A stretch of DNA of 63,892 nucleotides, the filler included, from Intoshia linei (taxonomy: Eukaryota; Animalia; Orthonectida), in NCBI GenBank assembly GCA_001642005.1. It is 5 parts of 5 records of this genome, joined end to end, with 100 filler letters (N's around TTAATTAATTAA, not from the genome) between each part and the next. Parts side by side here need not be neighbours in the genome. Positions count along the whole stretch, not along the records: positions 18,892 to 40,251 come from LWCA01000651.1; positions 40,352 to 55,801 come from LWCA01000912.1; 3 more parts are not named here. One strand, given 5' to 3'. Below, piece by piece: positions 34,386 to 49,106 of this stretch (position 1 is the stretch's first letter; each line of letters opens with the position of its first letter). The notes under the pieces were generated by a model. That model made no database searches, was not told the origin of the DNA, and worked only from the letters and a program-made list of their open reading frames with translations. The position numbers and the translations under genes were made by a program.

Positions 34386-37300
34386 TTAAATATATTTAAC
34401 ATAATTTTCGGGAACTAGACCGGTTGTATTTTTGTTATTTGTTGCGTAAATCCAACCATCTTCTCCAGATTGGCAAACTAAAATTTATAATTATTTTTTA
34501 TATTTTATGTCTGCGCTCACAAACTTTTTCATCTAGCTCACTTTTTGATTAAATTTTTTTCACTGTAAAAGAGTCAGTCATAATTTTTTCAGATATATGC
34601 ATTTAGGCATTAATGTGAACAATATTTTACATTTGACCAACTATTTACTTTCTGCTAGACGTCAAATAAGATCCACCTCATGGGCGCTAGAAATAGATGA
34701 ATAAAAATTGTTTAATTCAGTTTTTCAATAAAATTTATTTTTAGCATCGTTTTCTATACTAAACTATAAAGGTTTTTAAGACTAATTTTTGATTTCAGAA
34801 ACAAAATTGACACTGGTTAAAACCCTTTTTGTAACCTTAAATCTCATTGTGTTGTAAAAAAATTACGCTAAATTCTCCAAATGACTACAAAGAAACCATC
34901 TCAATATCATGCAAATTAGTACGTATAATTAATACAATAATCAAAAATTTCTATAATTATATCTTGACGAAATTCAATTTCTCTGAAATAACCATTAATA
35001 AAAATGTTTACCACTAGACCCACCCCTTTCGCAGTAATAAAATAGTCCCATGTTAATGTTTTAATTAAATTTTGTTAATTTTAACAACAATAATTTATTA
35101 CCATTATTCAAAATTTCTCCAGTTACAAAGGACAGTTCTCCTTCTTCATCAGCGAAACAATCATATATTGTAAGAACTCTATATTTTGATTATATTGGCG
35201 AATTAAATAATTACTTGATGTTTTTTTCTTGTGTAACTGTAGTGGATTTTTGTGTAGTAGGCACTTCTAAATTTATTGTTAATGTTTAACTTTTCATTTG
35301 ATAAACTGGTTAAATTTTTACTTTATGAAAAAGGTTAAATTTCCTTCTCATCTCAATAATATATTCGTTATTTGGAAACCACCGTGTTATATTTAAAGTG
35401 AAATTACTAATTCTTATCGAATTCCTAAATACACTGCTTTTCATTAGATCATTAAATGCTGGCACTGGAGGTCCTCGTTTAGCAATATATTTAGGTGTTC
35501 TAGGAGAAGAAGCAATGGGTAAAACTTCAACATTTCGATCAACTACTTGAAGAGAATTATATATTATTTCATCAAAATTTAATTTTTTCTGGGTATTAGG
35601 ATTTGATCGACTAGCTGGTGATATTGGTGGTCTTGTTTCTTTGTCAAATATCTGATTTAATAGATAACAACTTTACAGATAAAAAGACTTACAAAATCGT
35701 AATTTTCAATCAAACATTGGATAATAATATTGGCAAACTTGATGTCAATTATACTGGAGAGTTTAATATGTTTTGGGTATAATAGAGTTGGTCCAAAACA
35801 TATAGATAAATTGGAAGCAGTCATGCAGTTTTTGTCAGAGACTACTGTGACACTAAATGAATTTATAAATTTTTCATTAATTTATATATACTTTGTTAAA
35901 TGTTTTATTAATTTTTGAGATATAGTGTAATTTATGGGGTCTAATTCATTTATTAAATTTTTTACTTCATTTATTTTATCTTGTTTGTCTTCAATTTCTA
36001 ATTTAAAATTGATATTTATCAAATTAAAAATTGTCTTGCTGCAGACAATTTTTAGCAAAATTAACATTTACTTGCAGTTTGAATGAAATTGTTGTACAGT
36101 TTGAACATCAGCAATGGTTCAGATTTATATCTAAATTTATAAAATGAATTGACAATTATTACCTTAAATAATTTTTCAGAGTACTTGTCAAATCTTCTAA
36201 AGCATAATTTTTTACATTATCAATGGACGACAGAGTTTTAGGGGTTCCTACACATTTGTATATTTAGATAAAACATTCAGTTTTTCAATTAAAATTTTAA
36301 AAGAATTAAGGTGTATACTGATTTCAATTAGCAAGTCTTCAATTCGAGTTTTCAAACCGTCAACCCGATACATTCCTTCATTAGTTAAGCCTAATTTTAT
36401 TATTAATAAAATATATACTATTATTACCTCTATTTTCAATAGCAGCAATGAGATAATTTACAATACTTAAAGAATATTCATCTAAAATATAAAATTACAT
36501 TTTTTTAAAATAAATTACCTAAATCGTTTGAAGTTGATTCCTAAAAAAATGTATTATACACCTTTTATTTTTACAACTTACCGTTGTTTCGTTAAGATTT
36601 GTTTGTGGGTCGTCTTCTATCTCATGGCGCCAAGCTTTAAATATATTTTCATTAAAGCATTGTAATTGGAAATTTGCACCTCTGATATATCAGTATAAGT
36701 TAAAATTTAGTTTTCAATGATTTTTTAACTTTTAGGTTAAAAATGTAACAAAAGTTCCCCAAAATTGTATAAACCCATATTCCCACTAATAACACAAATT
36801 TATATAAATTTATCTTATGTTATTTTTTTAATAATCACATTATATTTTATAAATTACTGGACACCAATCTTCTCGACGCGTGTGGGATAAACTTAAGATA
36901 ATATCCCTAAGGACATATAAAAATAGAAAATGTCACATATTAACAATTTATATTTTTAATCCTACAAATTTGGTAAAATAATAAATAAAATACAATTTCG
37001 AACAGAATTTGGACACAGTTCACTACGGCAGCCAGTTATAAATAATAAAATATACTCTTCAGTGACGATTGAGATTAGATATTTTTTACCCTCTCTTTCT
37101 TCAGTAAATGTAGCTGTGTTTATTTTGGTGGGTCGGAGTGTTTTATTCTAAAATAATTCATAAATGATATATTGATGCATTAAATATAGTATAAAACAAG
37201 ACAGGGTCCCAAACTGTTTTCAACGTGAACAGCGCTTATCATAATTATTTTGTTACGTTGTATTAAGTTTTTACTATATAATTAGATTATTATAAAGAAA

Positions 37301-40185
37301 AGGCAAAATTTCCTAAATGATTATTTACTTGAACCTTAAGAATAGTTTTCAGATAATATATTTCTTGATGTGTTAATTTTCGTTATTTATTTTTGCAAAC
37401 AAGGCTTAACTAATTAACTTTGCGTTAAGAAACCCAATTTCAAAACATCACATGTCATCACGAGGGCAATTTTACCTTAAAAACTAAAAAATGTTTTCTA
37501 CTATATATATGTATGATGTTTCAGGAAATGGTAACTAAGTTTCGGATAAATAAGTTTCAATTTTCATAATTATGCATATTATATATTATGAACATATTTT
37601 TGACCAACAGTCAATGGGGAATTTTTAGTTTATATTTTTATCAAACATTGAAGAGGAGTTTTTTAGCAAAATTTAGAACGAGTACGGACGGATTATAAAA
37701 AAATATTGAAAGGACGGACGGAATGGATTGTTAATGAAACACTTGAAGGGTACGGGCTCTAATATTGGAGAATATAAGCCCGTTTGTTTCTAATTCCTTC
37801 ACTATACAAATTTTCATTATGATATATGTTAATTAGTCCTGTATAATATACCGATTTTGTTATTGATACGGTCATATCTTTTTTATTGTATTCCATAAAC
37901 AAGCGAGGTATTTTTAGAGAAAAATTTTCTAAATTGTCGAATATAGTACCATAAAAAAAGCTGCTGAATGTTTAACATTTCAAATTTAAATTCTAATCTT
38001 TTTTTAAATTATGGGACCATTGAATATTTCTTTTTTATTAAAATAGTAGCAAATAAAAAAACACAGTATCAAATCTATATTTTGATCGTGAAGGCATCAA
38101 TTTGTGAACTTTAATTTTTTTGTGTAAGTTTTAAATTCTAAAATTAAAATTATAGAATTTAAAAACATTTCTTTTTTTAAAAAAGGATAATTTGGTTGTG
38201 ATCTCGAAACGGCAAATTTTTAAGGTTACGATTTATGATAATACTCATGAATCATGATTTTAAAAGTTATCCTAGAATTTGTAAAAATTATTATAAAATT
38301 TTATGACTTTTCATTTTAAAAAAAGGTTAATTTGTTGTATTGACCATGAAGATGTAAGTTTCTGAGATTAAGGTTTATCAATGTTAATGATTTCATAACA
38401 CATTCCAGAATTTATAATTAATTCAATTAAAATTTAATTTCGATAGTATCGTTTTGATTGAATTACGTTTCTATTATATACTTTGCACATACATTACTTT
38501 GAAATATAATTAACAATTTAAATTAAATTTGAAAATACTCTATAGGCTAACAGTAGTATAACCACACTAATTGGGTGAATATAATAAATATACTTTTATC
38601 ATAAATGTAAAAATAGTCTTTTAAAACATCTTTCGATAGGTTACAATGATTTTCGTTGGCAACCTTAAAATAATTAGTAAAGTAAAAATAAGTAAGTAGA
38701 TTACTGTCCATTCAATGCACATTTTTTTTTTGAAATTGTAGGATGATTATTTTACTTTTTCATTTTTAATTTTAATTCAACATTTGAAACATATTGGCTG
38801 ATACTATATTAAAAATTATTTTTCACCGGGACTGCATAGAATTCTGAGGTTGAAATTTTGTATTTACATCAAATGGAATAAGCTCTATCAGAATAATCTT
38901 CTCTTTTTTTTAATTGTAAGAAAATTAATTATTTCAAATTTTTTGTTTTATTTTTTTTAAATTATAGGGCTGTTTTCATTTTAAAGATAAATGGTAATAT
39001 GGGGTTTTGATAGTGAAAATTATTTTTTTTGAGGTTTCCATTTATGATTTTAAAAATATCTATCTATCTCAGAATTTATGTCTAAAAAAATTTTAGAATA
39101 TGTTTCATTTTTATAACAAAGAGTCATTTGGTGTTTTGACCATGAAGGTATGGAGGTTTCTGAGGCTAAGATTAACAACAATGTTGAATGGTTTTAAAAT
39201 GCGTTCCAGAATGTATGTTATATTAAATTTTTGGGCTGATTTTGTTTTAAACAAAAGAGGAAATTTGGTTTTTGACCCTGAAGGACTCAAATTCTGAAAC
39301 TGATAAAAACACGGCCTGAAAAAAACCGCATTAAAAATTGGATTTTTAAAAATCCTGTGAATGTTAATTTTTTCAATAAATGGTTACACACAAATACACA
39401 CAGACATTCATTTTTATATCATCACATTGAAAATGACAAAATAGGTTTTTATAATATATTTTTTCTGGAATTTATGCTATTTATGACAATTTTTAGGATT
39501 GGACTATTTTTACTTTACTTTTAATATTATACAGAGTATAATATACACACATTCTGTCTAATAAATAAAAAAAATGGAATAACAATTGCTTGTAAGATTC
39601 TTTACGCAAATGTTAACAAAGAAAAAATTAAGATGGAATAATTCACTTTTAAGTAAAAAGTAATGTAATATGATGGTTCCACCTGAAACAAGTTTGTGAA
39701 CAACTCCTTTAAAGGATTGATAATTGTTAATAGTAAAATTTTTAAATTAGATTTTCATCATGCATTAATTTTTTGGTAAAATAAAAATATGCCCTCGGCA
39801 GAGTTAGGTGATGTTTGTACGTAGTACATAACAGTCAACCTATATAATCAACTAATATATAAAAATACACATGAAAATGTCCAACATCAGCAAAATTAGT
39901 AAAATTTATAAATACAAAATTATTTTGTGTCTGAAATTATGAACAAACAGTAAATTTAATAATTTACAAAATGTTATTAATTTACTTTTAATATCTCTCC
40001 CATGTATGCGGTGGCTTCAGTTTTGGTCATCTTCCAGTTCTCTCGACACTAATAATAATGATGAGTTCAGCATTTGTCAAAATTGTTTAAATGGATTGAT
40101 TTAATCCACTTCCTTCTATATTAACCATGCCAAAATCGAATGAACCAGGGACCATAAACACCGTGGAAATGAAATGTGATACCGT
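34386..40185 (-). CDS. ARHGAP26: GRAF-family RhoGAP (BAR remnant, PH, RhoGAP, SH3); 5' end unresolved
   Basis: GAP domain AIENRGLTNEGMYRV..TSTLKNYLR..EPLL..NCMTASNLSICFGPTLL. SH3 domain TIYDCFADEEGELSFVTGEILNN|VCQSGEDGWI..TGLVPENYVKYI*. Upstream exons CRENWKMTKTEATAYM and KDYFYIYDK fit the BAR-PH boundary. The symbol marks the family, not a specific vertebrate paralog. Confidence 0.8.
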
Positions 40186-41780
40186 CTAATTCAGTGGTTT
40201 TCAACCTTTTTGTGTTCGCGACCCAAAAATTTTCTATATACTCCAAACATCNNNNNNNNNNNNNNNNNNNNNNNNNNNNNNNNNNNNNNNNNNNNTTAAT
40301 TAATTAANNNNNNNNNNNNNNNNNNNNNNNNNNNNNNNNNNNNNNNNNNNNATAATGTTTATGATTTTAAAATCCGCATCAGCGTATATATTTTTTTAAA
40401 TTCTCGTTTAATTTTCAAAAAGAAGGACAACAGGGGTTTTTGACCCTTAAGATGTGAAATTGGGAGGTTGAAATTTATCATATTATTTTTATACGCTCGG
40501 AAAAAACTGTAATTGAAATGTGGTCTTTAAAATATTCTAAGAGTGCTAGTTATTTCAAAACAGTAAGACACACAGACACACAAACAAAAATCGCGTCGCA
40601 TTTTATATAAGTTAATATAGCTTAACTTAAAGTTAACTCTGCCAGGGTAAACAAATTGTTATTGATAATAAATTTATATTTTACATTTACATTTTTTAAA
40701 TGTAAATTGTATAAATTCAAAATATGAACCCTTGTATAATGTTAATTAAATATGCATTTTTGTGAGCTATTCAAAAGCAATTCAGCTTGAAAAAATAATT
40801 AGAATAAAAACTAATAGTCCCAGAATTTTAAACATTATCACATTTAATACAGCTTTTACTAGTTAACATATATAAAAGATTTCAAGGTCATAAAGTTACA
40901 GCTTAACGTTACAAACTTTATTTTAAATTTTACTGGTACCAGCATTTCTTTACTTATTTATTTACTGAAAATGTGTGAATAATAAACTTTAATTAAATTA
41001 AATTTAGAATGAAACGACCTGTAAAGATCACTCCTTTATAGGATCTGTAATAGTGAATAGTAGCATTTGTATGTAATATTTTATTATTAAATTGATTTTT
41101 TGGCAGAATTAAAAAAGTCCGCTATAGGCAGAGTTTGGTACTTTTTGTGTAAAATACATAAAATTTAAGCTAGTTAATTATAAACATTACCTGTGATGTT
41201 AATTCAACGTTAATGGAGGATAAATCTTCATTCTGGCTGACCATAATATTATTCAATATTAATATTAAAATTAATTTTAGTTTTTTCATGATATCGTTTC
41301 AGTTATTTTTTTCAGTTAAATGTTTAAATAAGTAAAACACATTATGTAATATAAAATAATTTGAAGTGTAAAATAAGTAAAAATGTACAAATGTAGTGCC
41401 AAAATAATTTAATTTATATTAATTAATGATGATTTCAAGGAATTTAAATAATCTGTTTCTCAAAAATTTATGATGTGGGATGCATGATAAAAATGACCAA
41501 AGTCAATATCCATTAAATCTATACATAAATATATGATAATTTATTTTTTACTACAAACTCAAGGACGTTAATATTTTTAGTGGTGTCTATAGACATTAGG
41601 GTGTCACATTTTTTGGAAAATTTTAGTGTTCGATGGGCAATTATCACTAAAATTGTGTATTTTTATAATAGAAAAACTAATTCGCAATCAAAAACACTTA
41701 ACGATATCTATTCGATTTGAATTTGTCATTTTATTTGTAATTATATTATAGTTAAAACTATCATCTAAATTTTTTGTAGA

Positions 41781-42553
41781 AAAAAGTGATAACTGCAAAG
41801 GTACTAAAAAAACCAAAGAAAAACTAAGCCTCCTTCTTTGTTGCAGTTTAACCGGTGACAAATTTCAGCCATTGATAATTGGAAAAGCTAAAAATCCTCG
41901 ATGCATGAAAAATATTTCTTGTAATGATTATGGAGTTCTATATTTTTCATTTAAAAACGTTTGGATAACAAATAACATTTTTCATACCTGGTTGACGATA
42001 ATAAATAATATGATTGCAAAAAATAAGAAAATGATAATTATTTTAGACAACGCTAGTTGTCATAAACCGTTTGAATGTTCTAATGTGGAACTTTTTTTAC
42101 CAAAGAATACAACCTGTTTAATCCAACCTTTAGACGTGAGTATTATTAAATCATTTAAGGATTATTATTGTAATTGTTTGAGAGAATTCTTTTTGGAAGA
42201 TGATTTTAATTTTTTATCTATATAAGCTTTCTCAAATCAACATAAGACAAAGCATTTTTTTTTATTTCAAAGGCATGGGAAAAAGTCAAAATTGTTGGAT
42301 TAAAATTGAGGAAACAATTGAAATAATTATAAAAAACTTTCACGGGTATAAAAATATGGAATTTTACGATGGGCCAGATGTCGCAACTGATTCTACAGAA
42401 ACATTTAAAATATTAAAAAAATTAGAAGAAAACATAGGCCAAGTTTGTCCCAAATTATTAAAAGCATTCTATGAGTTTAGAAGAACTGTTGCTAAAACTA
42501 TTCATAACAAGAATTACAAAATAACCGATTATTTTTTGGTTAAAAATAAATAA
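41781..42553 (+). mobile_element. pogo/Tigger DDE transposase remnant
   Basis: KEKLSLLLCCSLTGDK..IGKAKNPRC..ILDNASCH..FLPKNTTCLIQPLDVSIIKSFK; frameshifted and 5' truncated. Confidence 0.85.
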
Positions 42554-43897
42554 TGTTAAATAAATTTTAATCCTTTTCATATGTATTTCATTCATTCCTA
42601 TATTTTAATATCTGATAACTTATTAATTATTATTCTAGATTAGAAAGTAACTATAATTCTAAAAAATTCAGTTTTTTATGAAGTTTAGGGTAAAATAGGG
42701 TTTTATTGAGAAGGATTTCTGATAAACTGTGATAACTATGGCATTATATATACTCACAAATGTTACATATACTATTTATACGCATGAATTCACATCGTTA
42801 CCACATCAATATTTTTTTATAAAGTTCATGTTTTTTTTTGAAAATTGTATTAAAAATTAGTTTAAAATGCAAAAAGTCAATGGTTTTTTTGAGAGTTAGA
42901 CAATTTCAAGCACATCATCTTGTTAGCAATAAAAAGTTTCATCTTTCCCCGTTGGCTACTTTTGCATTGTTTAAAAAAAGTGTTTTAGGACACACCTTAT
43001 TGCGCAGTCAATTTATTTTAAAAAATATCAAATTAAATTAGATTTGTACAATTAAATTAATTATAAATTAGATGAGGAAAACAATACAACCTTAACAATT
43101 AATTAATTTACTACTAATTACTTACATGTTAATATAATCAGACCAGATTTGCAATTAAACTGGGCAACAAAGATTCACTTTTTTAAGAATATTTGTTACA
43201 TTTTTCGTTAGAGCTTAACATACATGGACTTGATAGTGAAGAAAATATTTTTTAAATTTAAGCAGTGCTTACTAGGCACCAACATTGAAAAGCTACCTCA
43301 TTCATGGATTTAGTTTTTTGGGCATTTCCTGTGAAATACCTTTGTTTATTTTTGACTGTAAATTTACGTAACGATTCACTGTAGAAATAAATAGTCCCTT
43401 TACTTCACATTCCAGTAAAAATAACATTATAAAATGTATTTATTTATTTTGATTATGAGTGAGACTCTCACTCTCACTGTGAGAGTGACAACTAAAAGCT
43501 TAAGAAACTTAAATTTAGACTGAATTTTAGTTGTTAAATATAATTAAAATTTTATAAATTCAACCATCAATTTTTTTTAATAAATAAAGTATTTTTGGCA
43601 ATAGTTCATGTTTGATATCACGCCGGTATCAAACGCAATTTATTAATTTATTTTTTGTGAGTCTAGAGGCGCTAATATGGATATACTCGTTTCAAATTCA
43701 ACGTATTTTACATAATTTCACCAAGTAAAATTAATAAGTTGGATTTTACAATACAAATGTATCAAAAATAAAAATTTCATTATAACACAACAGGCGATAA
43801 TCCAATTAAAACTTTATTAAAATAACTAAATTTCAAGTTACGAATTTATCCAGTATTATAATAATTACATTTAAATTAAAAGTTGGAAAGAATATAA

Positions 43898-46800
43898 ATG
43901 CAAGTAATTAATGATTTCTCTTACCGCCAAGATGGTAGAAAAGCAGATGAATTTCGTCAAATTGATGCTAAAATTGGAACATTATCTCAACCTGACGGAT
44001 CAGCAACATGGTCTCAAGGGAATTGTAAATTGTTGGTTGCAGTGTATGGACCCAGAGAAGTTTGTTACTACTGTGTTTTTTAACTATATTTAATAGTGTC
44101 GATCAAATCGAGGATCTTATAAAGATAAGGCTTCAGTCAAATGCGAATACCGCAGGCCAGTTTCTGTGTTTTCTGAAAAAAAAAAACGAAATCGAAGTGA
44201 TAGAATGTCCAATGATAATGAGTTGTACATCAAACATCTTTTCGAATCGGTCCTATTAACAAATCTGTATCCTGCTTCTCAAATTGAAATTATTGTTGAG
44301 GTAAAATATTATGTACTTAGCTGTAGATCAAGTATTCTCAAAAAGACCATTTTTTCAACCATTAAGTTAATTTTTAAGCCACAAAAATTAATTAAAATTA
44401 ATAATAAATCCATAGAAACCAAATAAAAATATTGCAATAAATAAAGTTCAATTCTCTTTCTATAACAATTTAATATCAAATAATGAAAATGGTGCCAGCT
44501 ATAGTAGTGATTTATGATTTATACCACATTTGTCGTTTATCTGAATCGGAACAAATAACAATACTAGGATTAATGCAGTGCTTCTCATGGAGTGACTGGT
44601 TACCCCATGAGGTGAATACGAAAATTTTAGCTGATTGTAGACGAATCTAAAATTTTCAGCATATTTTATCCAATTTTCTAAAATCTCTTGAGAAAAAACT
44701 AAAATTTTACCAATCCTAAGGAATAAATCTTTTAAAATATTAGTTTGAAAAATCCATTTTTACCAAACTTTTAGTACAAAAACTACTCTATTTGATCCCA
44801 AAAGAAAAAACCCAATTTTACCCACCCTGAAAGATAAAATCGCTTTCACTAATATTTTTTTGAAAAATCATTTTGTACCAAACTTTTAAATCAATAATTG
44901 CTCTATCTGGTTCCAAAAGAAAAAACCTGATTTTAAAAAAATTTGAAAAATCGCATTTTACCAATTTTTTTAAAAAAACAGTACTGTAATTATTCATTTT
45001 ATCGGTAAATAATTAATAATTGGAAGACAGAAAAAAGTTCCAGTAAAACCCGATTTGTTGATATATTAGAGCAGTGTTTCTCAACTTTTTTTACTGCGCG
45101 GAACCCTTAAGAAATTTCAAAAAATCGCGACACCTAAAAGCATGATCAAAAATTTTTATCCCTGTCGCATATATAAAACACTTTGATTTTTAATTAAAAA
45201 ATTACGCTTCTAATATTGAGAACAAATTTTTTCATAAAGAAATTTATTTTTCCTTCTTAATGAGAAATTTGGGCCTGATATTATTTATAAAGGTTTTTAA
45301 TTCTTGGACGTGTTTTTGAGAGATATACACGAAGTTCTTCTTCTACCGAAAGCAGCTTTGCCCGTTTCTTATGCTTAATTGCTGTCAATGCAGAAAATTT
45401 CAATTCACACAAGTAGGATGTTGAAAATTGCATTAGAATTTTTAAAGCTTTCTCTGCAATGATAGGATATTTATTTTTAACTAATAACCAAAAATCATCA
45501 AGATTTAAGTTACCATGTTTCAATTTTAAAGTTCTGTCACTTGAAATACTAGAAAGTTCTCATTTTAATTTTCGTGTAAATGTTTAATTAAAAAAAATCT
45601 ATTTTATTTATACTTGGAAAGCTTCCTCGCCACCAAAATTCAAATACTCATAATTTTTTGGGAAACCCCTAATCATACCCTATTTGAGGTTTGATTATCA
45701 GTGGTGGATGCTACTCTTATAAGTAACATCCTAATTTTTTTCAAAATATATTGCATTATGATTAGATGGATTGCCCACGGCCGCACGTTGTGCACCCTGC
45801 ACTAGACGCACAATATTCTTGAATACGATTCATACCCTACAAGATCCGAACTATCAAACTAGAGACCACCCGAAAATGAAAAATAATTTTACCTCCAATA
45901 ATTTTTTTCACAACCTTTGCATATTTCCATGTAGCCCCTAACGACTTGTCTCAGGCTGTTGACTTGATATTTTGAATTTAACACAAAATAGTTGATATTC
46001 ATGAATATAATATTTTTATGGATTCTCAATTTGGAAAAAGGAAACCACTATTTTACAAAATTTTCTCCAGACTCCCAGAGATGGTCTTGTGGTACGGTAG
46101 GTTCGGCACTGTACTCAACGAAAACATCAATTATTAATTATCGTTTAGAAATGAAGACTTAAAAATTATACTTGGAAACCCTATATCTAAATTGGTTTTA
46201 AACTTTGTTATGTTATGTTATGTATGCATACACGTATAAGAGGGGTGTCAGACTCAATTTGCGTGGCGGGTCAAATGTGAAAAAAAATTTTTACACAAAA
46301 CATTATTAAAATAACAGTTTTAATTAATAAAATAAAATAAGAAACAATAATGGAATAAGTCTATAACTTATGTTTAAAATTTAAATGGAATTATGAATAA
46401 ATAATTCATGAAAAATATATAAAAAACTAAAAAAAGATATTTGTGTAAAAATAAAAATTTATATTATAATGCGGGTCGTATAATTGACACCCCTGGTTTT
46501 GATTAAAGATTAATTTTAAAATAATAAAAATATTATGTATCACAAATATAATGATTTAACACTATTTAATATAATATGTAACTAGGTTATGCAATCAGAT
46601 GGATCTGAACTGACGATGGCTATTAATGCAATTTGTTTAGCACTAATCGACGCGACAATACCAATGAAGGATGTAGTTTCCGCTGTTACTGTGGGCTATG
46701 CCAACAACGAATTATTTGTAAATCCAACTCAGACAGAACTGTACGCTTCTGATATGATACTCGAATTTGCTATGCTAATAACTAGTGAGACTGTAATGCA

Positions 46801-46981
46801 CTTACATATGACTGGAACTACAGATTGCAGTAAATTACAAAACATCATGAATTACGCATCAAAAAAGTGTCTCGAAATGTATGAAAAAGTCGGCAATGTA
46901 GCTCGAAATTACACACAACGTTGCATTAGTCTTAAAAATTTCGCTGACGAAGAAACTGCCGAAAAATCTCTAATAGAATAA
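43898..46981 (+). CDS. EXOSC4: Exosome complex component RRP41 (3 exons)
   Basis: RQDGRKADEFR..PDGSATWSQGNCKLLVAVYGPRE|..LYPASQIEIIVE|VMQSDGS..INAICLALIDATIPMKD, an RNase PH fold. Confidence 0.93.
45072..45560 (-). mobile_element. hAT Buster/Charlie remnant in an EXOSC4 intron
   Basis: Terminus CAGTGTTTCTCAAC; ORF with FW..YP..FSTSYLCELKFSALTAIKHKKR. Confidence 0.8.
46240..46496. mobile_element. hAT-type MITE (related ends at 60460-60910)
   Basis: AGGGGTGTCA...TGACACCCCTG terminal inverted repeats. Confidence 0.55.
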
Positions 46982-47229
46982 GCGTCTTGTAAACTTGTAA
47001 TATATCTCCCTATAATAAATTTTAATAATAATAATTAAATTGTGTATATTTATTTTGTACCCTAGTAACAAGTATTATTTTTAAAACATATGTTTTAATT
47101 AAGCTGTTGACATCGTTTATTAGTTAAGCCAGAAACTTTGCTATTTTGAATTTTGTTACAATCAAATATAATTTATCATTGTACTCGTGTTTCCAAAACA
47201 ATTAGACAATTTAAAATTAATTTTACAGT

Positions 47230-47694
47230 ATGAATAATTGCAAAGAGATTGACGCTAATTCTCCAATAGATGACGAGAAAATGACTCATTTTGCACAAAA
47301 CATTCAAGAAGTGTTAATACTGGAAAATTTAAACGAAAATGACAAAAATTCTGCTACCTCTTTTGACCTTAAAAATTGTGATTCTTTGAGTTTTGATATC
47401 TCAAATCCTATCATTACATATCCTACATCTTGCCTCGTTGTAGATAATGATTTGGAAGCCATATCGCAGGGTTTCAAGTTACTCAATACCAACAAATCTT
47501 TAAACATTTTAAATAAGTCAAACTACCAGAAATGGGAACGTTGTCAATCTGAAATGAATTTAGAAAACATTTACAGTCAAAAAAGATATCAGCATTTCAA
47601 AAAAAGGTACATTAGACCATCCATTGCCGAAGATAATACTCAATATTGGAACATTCCTCAAGCTGTCAGCAATGAGAGCGTGGAGTATGAATAG
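47230..47694 (+). CDS. Hypothetical 154-aa protein
   Basis: Intact ORF with coding-like composition; no recognised domain. Confidence 0.55.
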   Translation: MNNCKEIDANSPIDDEKMTHFAQNIQEVLILENLNENDKNSATSFDLKNCDSLSFDISNPIITYPTSCLVVDNDLEAISQGFKLLNTNKSLNILNKSNYQKWERCQSEMNLENIYSQKRYQHFKKRYIRPSIAEDNTQYWNIPQAVSNESVEYE

Positions 47695-49106
47695 TATTGA
47701 ATATGCTAATTAATTTTTATATCATATTTAATTGTATATAAAATATTAAACATTGTAATTTTATCTAGTTTATGCGTCATCATTTGAGTTGTGGTAGACA
47801 TGATTCAATCCACAAATATGCTTTTTCCGATATGTGGGCACATAGGTTATCAATTTTTATTCGATTAAAATGTACAGTTAGTTGCATTCCCAGTGCACAA
47901 GTTATTAGATTCATCTAGTCTTGTGCACATGTCTTGATTATAATTCACATATTCCTTCCTCTTCAATTTTTAGTAAATTTTTAAACTAGACTGAATTTTT
48001 ATATTTTAATTATTATTGTCAAACGAGATATTCTTTATTTTCATAATTCTGTATTTTGGAAACACTGTTGATTCAGTTGTTTGGTTAAAAATATTGTTTA
48101 TTGGGAACCTGATAAAGTATACCGAATACAAAATTAAATCAATCAAAGCGTAAATGACTACATTGTACAAACATTCTCTCGCGAACGGTGAAATAACATC
48201 AACCATTTACGAATCGGTAATATTCTACAAGTTTTTATAAAATTTTTCATATTGTTTAAAACTATATATAATATTATTTTAATAATGAAGAGTAATTTGA
48301 CACCATATTGATTTTTACATTGATTAAAATCTAATTTATGACTACTCTACACTTTAATTCATGAGGTAAAGGGCCATTTCCTTTATTATTTCACTTTTAT
48401 TAAAGTGTATCATATTTACAGTAATGATCTGTTAGTAACGTTAAGTTAATTGAATTAATCAGATATGCATAATCTGCACTGCAGATATTTTATAATTAAT
48501 ACAGTCAAAATCTCATTTAAGGAATGTCGAAATTTTATTTTATATATAAATGCCTAAATATCTGGTATTTAACGAATTTTTGATTAACGAACGTGTAAAT
48601 TCAATATTATTTTATTTTTTTAGTAGTTTTTTTAAATATTGTTATGGTTTTATGGGTTTAAATATTAGATTGTCTCTTTTAAAAAGTCATGGAATCTTTT
48701 TATATATATAAAATTATAATAAATTATCAATGTAGGATATTATTATAATAAAAAGTTTAATTATATGTTCATATTAAATATAATTTTGATAAATTTAAGA
48801 CATGTGTGCACTGCACGCTGTGCAGCAGCACATTTCTAATATAGTTACATTTCTAATATTTTCGTTAAATGAGATTTTGACTGTATCACGACAATTTTCT
48901 TTTAACTTAAACAAATTATTTGTTTCGATTAATTTCATTACATTAACCTTAATAATTTTTGAGTACGCAAAGATAATTTTAGAAATTTTAGTTAGCACAC
49001 ATTATATAGGTAAAATCCACGTTATATGATAATTTTTTAAGGCAACCAAAATGAACATTGTTATAACTAATTTATAAAATTTTAAATTGTATTTCATGAA
49101 GTGCTA

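Noticed and set aside
47766-48230. Possible minus-strand gene
   Set aside because: I could not build a consistent spliced frame and saw no motif.
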